Positions 29,764 through 39,590 of a stretch of DNA of 64,000 nt are shown here, piece after piece. Source of the DNA: Candidatus Zixiibacteriota bacterium (lineage in GTDB: Bacteria > Zixibacteria > MSB-5A5 > SM1-73); contig JBAVQU010000008.1 in the NCBI GenBank assembly GCA_049694315.1, positions 17,665 through 81,664 on the forward strand, read 5' to 3'. A program made the position numbers and the translations under genes. A model generated the notes under the pieces. It saw only the letters and a program-made list of their open reading frames with translations. It ran no database searches and was not told the origin of the DNA. The number at the start of each line of letters is the position of its first letter. Within the stretch, counting starts at the first letter, position 1.

Positions 29764-30393
29764 ATGATTCTGGGTCGAAAGGATTATTCACTAATAGCAC
29801 TTTTCGTATTTTTTTGTTCTCTTACTGGATGGGCTCAAAGCCAAAACATTACACCCCAGAGTAATCATGATTGGGAGATAAGCATAGGCGGGGGATATTT
29901 TTCGCCTGCCCGGGAGGGTTTTAGAGAATGCGATGGAAGCAATCTGAAATATCAGATCGGGGTGGCAAGCAAAATCTCCCGACTGACAAGTCTGGCAATC
30001 GATTTGTCGTATACCCGTCTGTCTAAATCAGTATATCCTGTCAGATATGCAGAGATCTCTATTGTACCATCGATCAGAGTACTTTGGCCCAAAGCCCTGT
30101 TTCCATATTGGGGAGGAGGGTTAGGATTCTATAGCGGCTCCATTGGTTTCAAAGAAGATGAAAATTACTTCAGTCAAGAAACCGGCTCCTATGTAGACGC
30201 CAAAGAAAAAAAGTTTTCGGAAACCGGCCTCGGATTTGAATTGTACAGCGGTATCAGGGGTGCAATCAACTCGAGAATGTTTTTGGGCTTAGAATTGAGA
30301 TACTCTCACACCTTTCTGGGTGATCCCCATAAGGGGCAGCATGGAGATATTGGTGGATTTTACATATTGCTGAAGTTGGGAGGGCTTCTTTGA
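29764..30393 (+). CDS. Putative outer-membrane beta-barrel protein
   Basis: SD aaggaggtgaggtttt, a signal peptide, and alternating aromatic/Gly-rich beta-strand pattern. The region is visibly AT-richer than its flanks. Confidence 0.5.
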   Translation: MILGRKDYSLIALFVFFCSLTGWAQSQNITPQSNHDWEISIGGGYFSPAREGFRECDGSNLKYQIGVASKISRLTSLAIDLSYTRLSKSVYPVRYAEISIVPSIRVLWPKALFPYWGGGLGFYSGSIGFKEDENYFSQETGSYVDAKEKKFSETGLGFELYSGIRGAINSRMFLGLELRYSHTFLGDPHKGQHGDIGGFYILLKLGGLL

Positions 30394-30857
30394 GCGTAAG
30401 AGGAGATAATATGAATGTAAAAGCTATGGTATTCATTTTTTGGGGATTATTGTTCTTGGGCTGTTCTCACCAGCCAACCAGCCCTCAAAAAGAGAACGAT
30501 CTCGCATTTACGGTGGTGGCTTGTGAACAAGCGGATGAGTTCTTCCAAAATCAAGATAATTTTCTAGCCAATCCTTCCGGATATTATGCCTGTTTTTGTC
30601 CGAGTAAGACGAATACCGCAGAGATGGTGATTCCTTTTACCCTCCCCGAACCTATGAGGGTAAAGGTTGTGATCATGAGCGGAACCGGTTATACTCTTAA
30701 AACTTATGACCAGGTGTTTCCAGTAGGTTTATCTGAATTATATTGGGATGAGACGGGTCCCGGGGGAAAGCCAGTGGAGCCGGGACTCTACATTGTGTCT
30801 ATATTAGCTGAAATTGGGTACCGTGCCAAGATGTTTACTATATTACAAAAAGAGTAA
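30390..30857 (+). CDS. Lipoprotein with an Ig-like (FlgD-Ig/T9SS-like) C-terminal module
   Basis: Lipobox LFLGCS. 4-nt overlap with the upstream gene. C-terminal GLYIVSILAE... Confidence 0.45.
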   Translation: MSVRGDNMNVKAMVFIFWGLLFLGCSHQPTSPQKENDLAFTVVACEQADEFFQNQDNFLANPSGYYACFCPSKTNTAEMVIPFTLPEPMRVKVVIMSGTGYTLKTYDQVFPVGLSELYWDETGPGGKPVEPGLYIVSILAEIGYRAKMFTILQKE

Positions 30858-30949
30858 CGATTTCCTCCTGTTGCTTAAAAGAGACCGACAACGCTCAAGA
30901 AGTAACGTTTACCTGGATTAAGGCGTTGCTTGAGATACGACTCAGAATC

Positions 30950-31015
30950 GGTTCGGGGTGCCCCTACCTTGAACCTTTCGTGTTGCGGGGTAAGAACATC
31001 ACATACCAACTATAA
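30950..31015. repeat. Second copy of the ggttcRgggtgcccctaccYtgaac...gtgttgcRgg element
   Basis: About 45 nt align with 29402-29446, with only a few substitutions. Confidence 0.55.
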
Positions 31016-31213
31016 GATGAAAATTCTCCTACATAACGGGCGACCATAAAGGTCGCCCCTACGCTATTCACATCTACGTTTTTCTTGACACCCCCCAGGT
31101 GCCATCTTATATTGCGTTTTGACTGAACACCTCTCGCAGACTGAAGTCTGCGGCTGCAAAATCCTCCCGGTTGTCAATCTGTAGCCGCAATCTTTGGATT
31201 GCGCCAATTGAAT

Positions 31214-32689
31214 ATGGAGAATCCTATGGAAGAAACCAGCGAAATCCTGCAACATAGAATAGACAAGCTGAAGAAGCTGAAAGAGAAAAACGTCAATCCG
31301 TATCCATACGCCTTTAAAAAAACCCATACTGCGTCTGAGACAGTCCAGGGTTTTGAGAAACTTGAAAGCGATCAAACGGAAGTCAAGGTGGCTGGACGAA
31401 TGGTCTCCTTACGCCTACACGGCAAGAGTCTGTTTGCCCACATTCAGGACGGCTCTGGAAGAATCCAGATCTATGTCAAATCCGATGAGGTCGGGGGGGA
31501 GAAATTCGAGCTTTTTGACCTGTTCGACATTGGGGATTTTCTGGGAGTAACCGGAAAAGTGTTTAAGACCAGAACCGGCGAGATCACCATCCGGGTGACC
31601 GATTTCGTCCTCCTCTCCAAATCCATGCTCCCCCTTCCGGAGAAATGGCACGGGTTGCAGGATAAGGAACTGAGATACCGGCAAAGGTATGTCGATCTTA
31701 TTGTGAACGAAGATGTGAAGAAAATTTTCATCTTCCGCACCGAACTGATAAAATCCCTCCGGAGATTTTTGGACGACTCAGGCTTCGTGGAGGTGGAGAC
31801 TCCTATTCTTCAACCGCTTTATGGTGGCGCCTTTGCCCGGCCATTTACTACTCATCATAACGCTTTGGATATAAACCTTTATCTCCGGATTGCGGATGAA
31901 CTGTACCTGAAAAGATTGATCGTGGGGGGATTTGAAAAAGTCTACGAGATTTCCAAAAGCTTCCGCAACGAGGGGATGGACCGGAATCACAATCCTGAGT
32001 TCACCATGCTTGAATTGTATCAAGCCTATGCAGACTACGATGACATCATGGAGCTTTATGAGAACCTCTTGAACGACGTGGCCTCGAAGGTTATCGGTTC
32101 CAACAAGTTTGAATTCGAAGGCAACCAGATCGAGCTGACTCCCCCCTTCAGAAGGATTCCACTATTAGAGTCAATCAAAGAGCGTACCGGAGCGGACTTA
32201 GCCGACAAGAGCGAAGAAGAGACCAGAAAGATCGCTTCACAGTTGAATGTGAAAGAAAACTTGAAGCGGCCCAAAGGAAAGCTGATCGAAGCCATATTTG
32301 AAACGCAGGTTCAGCCGCATCTGATTCAGCCCACCTTTATAACGGATTTTCCGGTGGAGATGTCTCCTTTAGCCAAACACCACAGGGAAAAACCCGGCTT
32401 GACCGAAAGATTCGAGCTTTTCATCGGCGGATGTGAAATGGGAAATGCTTTTTCTGAGCTGAATGATCCGCAAGACCAAAGGGAGAGATTCCTGCAGCAG
32501 GCGGAATTAGCCAAAAGAGGTGACGAGGAGGCGCAGGTGCTGGATGAGGATTTCATTCGGGCTTTGGAGTACGGCATGCCCCCCACCGGCGGGCTTGGGT
32601 TTGGCGTGGATAGGCTGGTGATGGTGCTGACCAATACCCATTCCATCCGGGACGTGATTTTCTTCCCGCAGATGAGGCCGGAGGAATAA
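31214..32689 (+). CDS. lysS: Lysine--tRNA ligase, class II
   Basis: OB-fold N-terminus (VAGRMVSLRLHGKSLFAHIQD), RQRYVDL, FRNEG, and motif 3 GGLGFGVDRLVM. Confidence 0.9.
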   Translation: MENPMEETSEILQHRIDKLKKLKEKNVNPYPYAFKKTHTASETVQGFEKLESDQTEVKVAGRMVSLRLHGKSLFAHIQDGSGRIQIYVKSDEVGGEKFELFDLFDIGDFLGVTGKVFKTRTGEITIRVTDFVLLSKSMLPLPEKWHGLQDKELRYRQRYVDLIVNEDVKKIFIFRTELIKSLRRFLDDSGFVEVETPILQPLYGGAFARPFTTHHNALDINLYLRIADELYLKRLIVGGFEKVYEISKSFRNEGMDRNHNPEFTMLELYQAYADYDDIMELYENLLNDVASKVIGSNKFEFEGNQIELTPPFRRIPLLESIKERTGADLADKSEEETRKIASQLNVKENLKRPKGKLIEAIFETQVQPHLIQPTFITDFPVEMSPLAKHHREKPGLTERFELFIGGCEMGNAFSELNDPQDQRERFLQQAELAKRGDEEAQVLDEDFIRALEYGMPPTGGLGFGVDRLVMVLTNTHSIRDVIFFPQMRPEE

Positions 32690-32850
32690 AAGTTCAAAAT
32701 TCAAAGTGCAAAATTCGAAATTACAAACCCCCTTCCTCTCCCCTTTGGCGGTTTGGCTTTGCTCACCGCCCTGAGCATGTGCTTCGACTTCGCTCAGCAC
32801 CCGGAGTTTTTCGAAGGGGCGAAGGGGAAGAGGATTAAGGTTAGGGGAAA
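32688..32850. repeat. Composite intergenic repeat: AT-rich ttcaaaat/gtgcaaaat module plus GC-rich palindromic module
   Basis: aaagttcaaaattcaaagtgcaaaattcgaaattacaaa, then cccccttcctctcccc...cttcgacttcgctcagcac...ggggaagagg. Confidence 0.6.
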
Positions 32851-32953
32851 CAAGAAAGACATATCAATGTCCTGAGCCTCCCGAAGAAAGGTGTCCTGAA
32901 CCAACAATGGAAAGCTGAAGCTTTCCGCTACATTTGCAATCAGTAAACTTAAA

Positions 32954-33967
32954 ATGAATTTGCACTTATTACTAAAATACCAACGTGCTTTTATTTCATA
33001 CTGGTCTGGCAAAACCAACCTGAAATACCCCCCGCTTTTTTATTCCATAGAGGTTACCAATATCTGCAACTATCGTTGTGGCTATTGTCCACAGAGCAAT
33101 TTGGATAATCACATTATCAAAAAAGGTCAGATGAGCATTGGCCTGTTTGAGGATATTCTAGAGAAGATCGCGAAGCTAAAACCGGTGACACAAATTTATC
33201 TCACCGGAAGTGGTGAACCGCTGATGCATCCTGAGCTGGAGAAGTTCATCTCTTTGTCCAATCAATATGGTTTCATCCCCAGTTTTTCTTCGAACGGTTC
33301 TTTGTTTACCGAAGAGAGGATTGAAAGTCTCATGAATTCCGGAAAATTCTCTTTGACCGTCGATTTTTCACCCCACCGGGAGATTTATGAAACCAATAGA
33401 GCAGGAGGTAACTGGGAATCGGTTTATAAGAATCTAAAGAATCTGCTGAATGCCAAAAGAAAGTTGGGAGGGAATTATCCCAAAGTTGAAATCCGCGACA
33501 TGTCTACCATGGCTTTAAGTTCTTTGAAGGAAAGAGAAAGGTCTCTGTCTGATTTGAAAGGCATGTTTGACGGTCTTCCGGTGGACAGATACTCACAGCT
33601 CAAAGTTCATGGCTGGACCGGTAATGTTGACCGGAGAATCTCCGCCGGTGCCCGAAATAAGAATAAATATCGGCTTTGCACCCATCCCTGGTCGATTTTC
33701 GTAATAACTTGGAGTGGCCAAGTAATCCCCTGTTGTCGGGATTTTGGGTCGGAGTACGTATTAGGAAAGATAGATGGCGAAAATGGCACTACAGGCATCT
33801 GGAACAACGAGAAAACCATATCCTTAAGAAAAGCATTAAAGGAGAAAAAGCCGCAGGAAATCAACATATGCAGAAATTGTGACCGTCCCTGGACCGGAGG
33901 AAGTGTCGCTCGATCCAAGCCGCAGATGATCAAGAGGATTCTGTGGGAAAAAGTTATAAGTAACTAA
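32954..33967 (+). CDS. Radical SAM/SPASM domain protein (stand-alone)
   Basis: CNYRCGYC (Cx3Cx2C) near the N-terminus. C-terminal Cys cluster CTHPW...IPCCRDF...ICRNCDRPW. Confidence 0.75.
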   Translation: MNLHLLLKYQRAFISYWSGKTNLKYPPLFYSIEVTNICNYRCGYCPQSNLDNHIIKKGQMSIGLFEDILEKIAKLKPVTQIYLTGSGEPLMHPELEKFISLSNQYGFIPSFSSNGSLFTEERIESLMNSGKFSLTVDFSPHREIYETNRAGGNWESVYKNLKNLLNAKRKLGGNYPKVEIRDMSTMALSSLKERERSLSDLKGMFDGLPVDRYSQLKVHGWTGNVDRRISAGARNKNKYRLCTHPWSIFVITWSGQVIPCCRDFGSEYVLGKIDGENGTTGIWNNEKTISLRKALKEKKPQEINICRNCDRPWTGGSVARSKPQMIKRILWEKVISN

Positions 33968-34062
33968 TAATTGAAGAATGCAAATTACAGATTGCAAAGT
34001 GCAAAATAGAACTTATCTTATTGTTATCCGTTCAATCCGTTGACAATTTTTGAATTTTATCT

Positions 34063-35292
34063 ATGTCATTCGAATTCTTCATAGCCAAGAGGTATCTTAA
34101 ATCGAAGCGAAAGACCAAGTTCGTCTCCGTCATCACTTTGATTTCGGTGGGGGGCGTTTTGATCGGGGTGACGGCACTGGACTTCATACTGTCCATGATG
34201 AATGGATTCGAAAGAGAGGTGCGCTCGCGCATCATCGGCACCACCGCGCACATCAGCGTGTACTCCGCCTACAGCGAAGGCATAGACAACTACCAAGACC
34301 TCCTTCCTCAAGTCAAAGAAATAAAACACGTGGTGGACGTGGCCCCATACATCTATTACAAGGCCGCCATCGCCACCAAGACCGGCAGCGACGGCATAGT
34401 GGTACGGGGAATCGAGGCGGAGAAGGAGACACTGGTCACCGATCTTCGAAGAAACCTGAAGATTGGGGACCTTAGGCTGGAGCCGGAGGGGGATGAGCCT
34501 CCCGGAATCCTTCTTGGCGCCACTCTGGCTGATCGGCTGGGAGCAAAGCTGGGCGACCCCGTAGTTCTGTTCAGTTTAAAAGAAGGCTCTTTGACCAGCG
34601 GCTGGACCGCGCCCAAAGCCTCCAAGCTGAAAGTGAAGGGGATATTCGAAACCGGAATGTATGAATACGACGCCTCTTTGGCTTATATCTCGCTATCCAC
34701 AGCTCAGAAGCTTTTCAATCTGGGCAGCAGGATAACCGGGCTTCAGATCAAGTTGGATAATCTATACCAAGCGGGGAAGGTGTCCAAGGAACTGGAAGGA
34801 AAACTAGGTCCTCATTACTATGCCTTAGACTGGATGCACATGCACAAAAATCTATTCTCCTGGATGACGCTGGAGAAATACGCCATGTTCATCGTGTTGA
34901 GCTTGATCGTAGCCGTGGCCGCCTTCAACATCATCAGCACCTTAATCATGGTGGTGATAGAGAAAAGAAAGGATATCGGCATCTTAAAATCCATGGGATG
35001 CACCAACCCCAGCATAATGAAAATCTTCATGTTTGAGGGCCTGGTGGTAGGGGGAATTGGAATCGTCTTGGGAAGCGCTTTCGGATACATTCTGTGCTGG
35101 ATTCAAAAGACCTTCAACTTGGTCTCCCTCCCTCCGGAAATCTACTTCATCAATTCCCTTCCGGTGGAGATGCGGCCGGTCGATTTCATCATGGTGGCTT
35201 CTGCCGCCATGGTTCTGACGTTTTTGGCCACCGTTTATCCCGCCCGCAGAGCCTCCCAGCTTTCGCCGGTGGAGGCGATCCGCTACGAGTAA
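34063..35292 (+). CDS. lolE: Lipoprotein-releasing ABC transporter permease (LolC/E, FtsX family)
   Basis: FIAKRYLKSKRK...ISVGGVLIGVTAL..ILSMMNGFE, plus a C-terminal FtsX 4-TM region. Confidence 0.8.
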   Translation: MSFEFFIAKRYLKSKRKTKFVSVITLISVGGVLIGVTALDFILSMMNGFEREVRSRIIGTTAHISVYSAYSEGIDNYQDLLPQVKEIKHVVDVAPYIYYKAAIATKTGSDGIVVRGIEAEKETLVTDLRRNLKIGDLRLEPEGDEPPGILLGATLADRLGAKLGDPVVLFSLKEGSLTSGWTAPKASKLKVKGIFETGMYEYDASLAYISLSTAQKLFNLGSRITGLQIKLDNLYQAGKVSKELEGKLGPHYYALDWMHMHKNLFSWMTLEKYAMFIVLSLIVAVAAFNIISTLIMVVIEKRKDIGILKSMGCTNPSIMKIFMFEGLVVGGIGIVLGSAFGYILCWIQKTFNLVSLPPEIYFINSLPVEMRPVDFIMVASAAMVLTFLATVYPARRASQLSPVEAIRYE

Positions 35293-35577
35293 GGATCGTA
35301 GCGGTTCGATTCATCGAACCAACGCGCGGCCATATAAATGCGACAGCCACACAAATCCAATAATTTTATACATCTTTACGATTGACAAAATCAAGATTAC
35401 TTTCTAAATTGTGCATGGCCTTATATCAATTATGTTACATGCCACAGACACCTGAAGGATTCCGATTTTTCATGTCCGGGGCGCAGGGCTCCTGACTTAC
35501 CCAGCTAGGGTGGCGGGAGACAAATGGTGTGGGGGTAAATTTAAGAAGATATTAAACTCTAATTCAAGAGGCGAAAA

Positions 35578-36690
35578 ATGGCAATTAGTGAGGAATTAAA
35601 ATATGCTGACTTAGAGGAACTCTATATCGACCCACTGAATCCGCGACTTGGTAGAGGTGATGTAGCTGAAGATATAAGCCAAGCTAAGGTGCTTGAGCTA
35701 ATGAAGGATTGGACTCTCGACGAACTGGCGGTGTCATTTCTTGAGAGTGGGGGTTTCTGGACACAAGAGGCTTTACTTGTAACCAAAGAAAAACTGAAAG
35801 GTAAAGAACGTTTGGTGGTAATAGAAGGCAACCGAAGACTCGCTGCGCTGAAATACCTGAAAGATGCACTAGAAGGAAATCCAGCATCTCCTAGATGGAA
35901 AGAAATTGCACGCGGAGCAAAACCGCCAAAAGATCTCTTTACAAGAATTCCATACATACTAGTTGATTCACGTAAAGATATTGAATCGTTCTTAGGCTTT
36001 AGGCATGTAACCGGAATAAAGGAATGGAAACCAGCGGAGAAAGCTGAGTTCATCGCGCGTTTGATTGATGACCGAGGTTTTTCTTATGAAGAAGTTAGAC
36101 GTAAAATCGGTAGTAAGACACCTACGGTTCGTCAGAACTATATCTCGTACCGAATGTTATTACAGATCAAGGACTCAGATCAACAAATCCCTAAAGAGAA
36201 TTTCGAAGAGCGTTTTAGTGTGATGTTCCTTTCCCTAAGAGAAAAAGGTGTTCAGAAATTCCTTCAGATCGCCATAATGGCTGAACCAAAAAAGGCTCAA
36301 AAACCAGTACCAAGGACGCATCTTAAGGCTCTGGGTAACTTCGCCTTGTGGTTATTTGGTGATGAAAATCGGGAACCTCTTTTTACAGATTCGCGTCAAG
36401 TAACTAAGTTCGGGCGCATACTAGAGAGTAGGGATGCTCTTGAATACCTCGAGAGAACCGAGAACCCTAACTTTGAAGTTGCTCACCAACTCGCAGGTGG
36501 AGATGAACCTGAAATAGCAAAACAACTTGAGAAAGCTGCAGATAACATTGAGGTTTCATTGACTCGTGTGCATCTATACAAGAAATCAAAAGACATTCGA
36601 AAAGCAGTAAGTAGATTAGTAGCTGATTCGATGCAGCTATTTGAAATCTTCCCTGATATCAAAACCCAGGTCGAGAAGGATCGCATGTAA
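35578..36690 (+). CDS. ParB/sulfiredoxin N-terminal-domain-like protein
   Basis: IDPLNPR at the N-terminus and VIEGNRRLAAL (ParB-N-type (D/E)GNRR box). SD agaggcgaaaa. Lies in an AT-rich island. Confidence 0.6.
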   Translation: MAISEELKYADLEELYIDPLNPRLGRGDVAEDISQAKVLELMKDWTLDELAVSFLESGGFWTQEALLVTKEKLKGKERLVVIEGNRRLAALKYLKDALEGNPASPRWKEIARGAKPPKDLFTRIPYILVDSRKDIESFLGFRHVTGIKEWKPAEKAEFIARLIDDRGFSYEEVRRKIGSKTPTVRQNYISYRMLLQIKDSDQQIPKENFEERFSVMFLSLREKGVQKFLQIAIMAEPKKAQKPVPRTHLKALGNFALWLFGDENREPLFTDSRQVTKFGRILESRDALEYLERTENPNFEVAHQLAGGDEPEIAKQLEKAADNIEVSLTRVHLYKKSKDIRKAVSRLVADSMQLFEIFPDIKTQVEKDRM

Positions 36691-37628
36691 TGTTTCAATT
36701 GCCGACGAATGGCATTGCTCGTTCAATAAACGAGCATAATTCCAGATTAGATGTCTTTAGTGATTGGCTAGAGGCTTCTGTTCTTTTCAGCGATAGTGAG
36801 CTTTCACGAACGGATGTTGTTGATGCTTTGATCGAACATAGAATCTACGATCAGCAAGACTTCGCTGATCAGTGGGTCACTAACGCATGGGGGGAAATAG
36901 AGCGACGACAAAAGTGCATAGGTAATGGATCGCCGTACGATATTACACCACAAAGAATTTCCAGAAAGTCATCTTGGGAAGATGTCTCTGCATATAGTTT
37001 TTGTTTGCTACTTTCTTTAGTAAACAACTACTCTGGTTTAAATGGACAATGGCAAGAGAAATTTCGAACTGGTTACATCGAACAAGGTGAGCTATTTGAG
37101 CTACTTACTAAGGAATCTTTGGAAAAACAATTCCCTGACTGGAGAATGTATCATACTGGCTGGTCAAGATCATCTCCAAGTAAGTTGATAAAAATTGTTG
37201 ATGAAATTGCGGCACAGCTTGGTGAAACCAAGGGTAATCTTGAACTATGGACATCACCTGATGCACATGAAGCTGGGTTGGATTTGCTTTTTTACAGACC
37301 TTTTGAGGATAACCGAGTCGGTATTCCTCTTTATTTGTTGCAATGTGCAAGCGGGGGTAATTGGACAGACAAACTCCATACTCCATGCTTGAAGACATGG
37401 ACTAAAGTCATTCAATTTGCAGCAACACCACGTAAAGCTTTCGCTACGCCATTTGCACTTGAAGATGGCGTTTTTTGTGGGTATTGCAATCTTGTCGACG
37501 GTCTTTTTCTTGATCGATATCGACTACTTAGCCCTTCTCATGAAGATAAAAACTGGCTTTCAACACAATTGAATAACCGGATTAAAAAGTGGCTCAGACC
37601 CAGAATTAAAACCTTTCCAGCTTATTAA
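36690..37628 (+). CDS. Hypothetical protein, translationally coupled to the ParB-like gene; possible PD-(D/E)xK nuclease
   Basis: TAATG overlap with the upstream stop. GELFELL...EAGLDLLFY...LLQCASGGNWTDK is reminiscent of the Mrr_cat layout; this is weak by-eye evidence. Confidence 0.5.
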   Translation: MFQLPTNGIARSINEHNSRLDVFSDWLEASVLFSDSELSRTDVVDALIEHRIYDQQDFADQWVTNAWGEIERRQKCIGNGSPYDITPQRISRKSSWEDVSAYSFCLLLSLVNNYSGLNGQWQEKFRTGYIEQGELFELLTKESLEKQFPDWRMYHTGWSRSSPSKLIKIVDEIAAQLGETKGNLELWTSPDAHEAGLDLLFYRPFEDNRVGIPLYLLQCASGGNWTDKLHTPCLKTWTKVIQFAATPRKAFATPFALEDGVFCGYCNLVDGLFLDRYRLLSPSHEDKNWLSTQLNNRIKKWLRPRIKTFPAY

Positions 37629-37653
37629 AACGATATACGAATTGAGTGGAAGA

Positions 37654-38958
37654 ATGAAATTCATAGACCTCTTCGCGGGACTCGGTGGTTTTCATTTAGC
37701 ACTCAGACGCTTGGGACATGAATGTGTTTTTGCATCTGAGCTGGATGAACAATTAAGAGAAGTCTACCAACAGAATTTTGATTTGAGGCCGGAAGGTGAT
37801 ATTCGTCAAATCAGTCCTAATAGAATTCCTGCTCATGATATTCTTTGTGCTGGATTTCCCTGCCAGCCATTTTCAAAAGCAGGCGAGCAGGAAGGTTTTG
37901 GGTGCCCCAAATGGGGTGATCTTTTTGATTATGTTCTTTCTGTTCTTGAACACCATCGTCCTTCCTATGCTCTCTTGGAGAATGTTCCGAATCTTCTTTA
38001 CCATAATAATGGTAAAACATGGAAATCTATTCTCTTAAAGCTACATTCTTTAAACTACCATATTGATCACAAGAAACTCTCGCCACATAAGTTTGGTATT
38101 CCCCAAATTAGAGAAAGAATCTTCATAGTTGCTAGCCAATCGCCATTAAACGGTTTCTCGTGGCCAATACCGCCAATTCAATGTGAGCCACATATTAAAT
38201 CAATTTTGGATGAGCATCCCAAGAATGCTAAACCTATAACACCTACAGTCCAGATGTGCTTGGATACATGGCAGAAATTCCTTGACTTATTTCCTAAAGA
38301 CGAAACACTCCCTTCATTCCCGATTTGGGCGATGGAGTTCGGAGCCACATATCCATACATAAAGATAACTCCTTATTCTATAGGTAACTACCGCTTGCGA
38401 CAATTCAGAGGCTCATTTGGCCAATCCCTTGACAAAACAGAACCCTCGAAACGATTAATGTTTTTACCTCCATATGCACGAGTTAAAGAACACTCATTTC
38501 CTGCTTGGAAGGTGGAGTTCATTACAAAGAACCGCAATCTTTTTGAGAAGAACAAGAAGTGGATAAAACTATGGCTGCCAGAAATAAGAAAATTCCCAGC
38601 AAGTTTGCAAAAGCTTGAATGGAATTGTGGCTCGGAGCCACGTAATGTCTATAATTATGTCATCCAGTTTAGAGCTTCTGGTGTGCGCATCAAGAGACCT
38701 TCAACATCCCCCTCCCTTATAGCGATGACCACAACACAAGTTCCCATAATCGCATGGGAAAAACGTTACATGACGCTGCATGAATGTGCGCACTTGCAAT
38801 CGATGGATGAATTAAAGTATCTCCCCTCTTCTGAAACCCGTGCTTACAAAGCACTTGGAAATGCTGTCAATGTCAACTTGGTTATGATGATTGCGAAGAA
38901 TTTACTATCTTCCTCTGATAGAAAAAAGATCTCTCAATTGGAAAGCAAGGTAATTTAG
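37654..38958 (+). CDS. dcm: DNA (cytosine-5)-methyltransferase
   Basis: Motif I DLFAGLGG, motif IV GFPCQPFS, motif VI ENVPNL, motif VIII QIRERIFIV, motif X LGNAVNV. An alternative TTG start lies at 37642. Confidence 0.9.
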   Translation: MKFIDLFAGLGGFHLALRRLGHECVFASELDEQLREVYQQNFDLRPEGDIRQISPNRIPAHDILCAGFPCQPFSKAGEQEGFGCPKWGDLFDYVLSVLEHHRPSYALLENVPNLLYHNNGKTWKSILLKLHSLNYHIDHKKLSPHKFGIPQIRERIFIVASQSPLNGFSWPIPPIQCEPHIKSILDEHPKNAKPITPTVQMCLDTWQKFLDLFPKDETLPSFPIWAMEFGATYPYIKITPYSIGNYRLRQFRGSFGQSLDKTEPSKRLMFLPPYARVKEHSFPAWKVEFITKNRNLFEKNKKWIKLWLPEIRKFPASLQKLEWNCGSEPRNVYNYVIQFRASGVRIKRPSTSPSLIAMTTTQVPIIAWEKRYMTLHECAHLQSMDELKYLPSSETRAYKALGNAVNVNLVMMIAKNLLSSSDRKKISQLESKVI

Positions 38959-39026
38959 CACAGTTTTTCAAGTTCTCACTAACGCTCACTCTTATATTTA
39001 TTTTTCATATCCGTCCGTTTCCAAAT

Positions 39027-39590
39027 ATGAATAATCGCTACCCTTCATACCGTAGCTTTCAACCATCTAATGCGATTTCCTCCGCCAATAAGAAGATGGT
39101 GAAATCAGCTAATACAAGAGCTGAAATTATTCTCCGTCGCTCATTAAGAAAGGCAGGTATGCACTTTCGCATTAACGACCTAAGCATTCCGGGCAAACCC
39201 GATCTTACCTTTCCTCGTTATAAGGTAGCTATTTTTTGTGATGGTGATTTTTGGCACGGCAGAGATTGGCGTCAACTTCGGAAAAAGTTAATGAATCGTG
39301 CTAATTCCTCTTATTGGATCGCTAAGATAATTGCTAATCGTAAACGTGATAGAGCAGTGAATCATCTCTTGTCAAAAATGGGATGGATTGTTGTCCGTAT
39401 CTGGGAAACCGATATTTTATCAGATATCGATAGAGTTTCAAGTTCTCTTTTGCTTCTTTTACATAAAGGTAAGCTCGTCAAAACCTCGTGCCGCGGCGCC
39501 GCTTCTGCAGCCGACACAAGAAAGGGTAACGGGGCACTGCGAAAAAAGAGAAAGAGCCTCACCTATCGTCCCCGCGACAACACGACTTAG
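39027..39590 (+). CDS. vsr: Very short patch repair endonuclease (Vsr) with a C-terminal basic tail
   Basis: SAN...EI.LRR.L...G..FR.N....PGKPDL.F......IFCDGDFWHG, followed by IVVRIWE. Confidence 0.85.
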   Translation: MNNRYPSYRSFQPSNAISSANKKMVKSANTRAEIILRRSLRKAGMHFRINDLSIPGKPDLTFPRYKVAIFCDGDFWHGRDWRQLRKKLMNRANSSYWIAKIIANRKRDRAVNHLLSKMGWIVVRIWETDILSDIDRVSSSLLLLLHKGKLVKTSCRGAASAADTRKGNGALRKKRKSLTYRPRDNTT

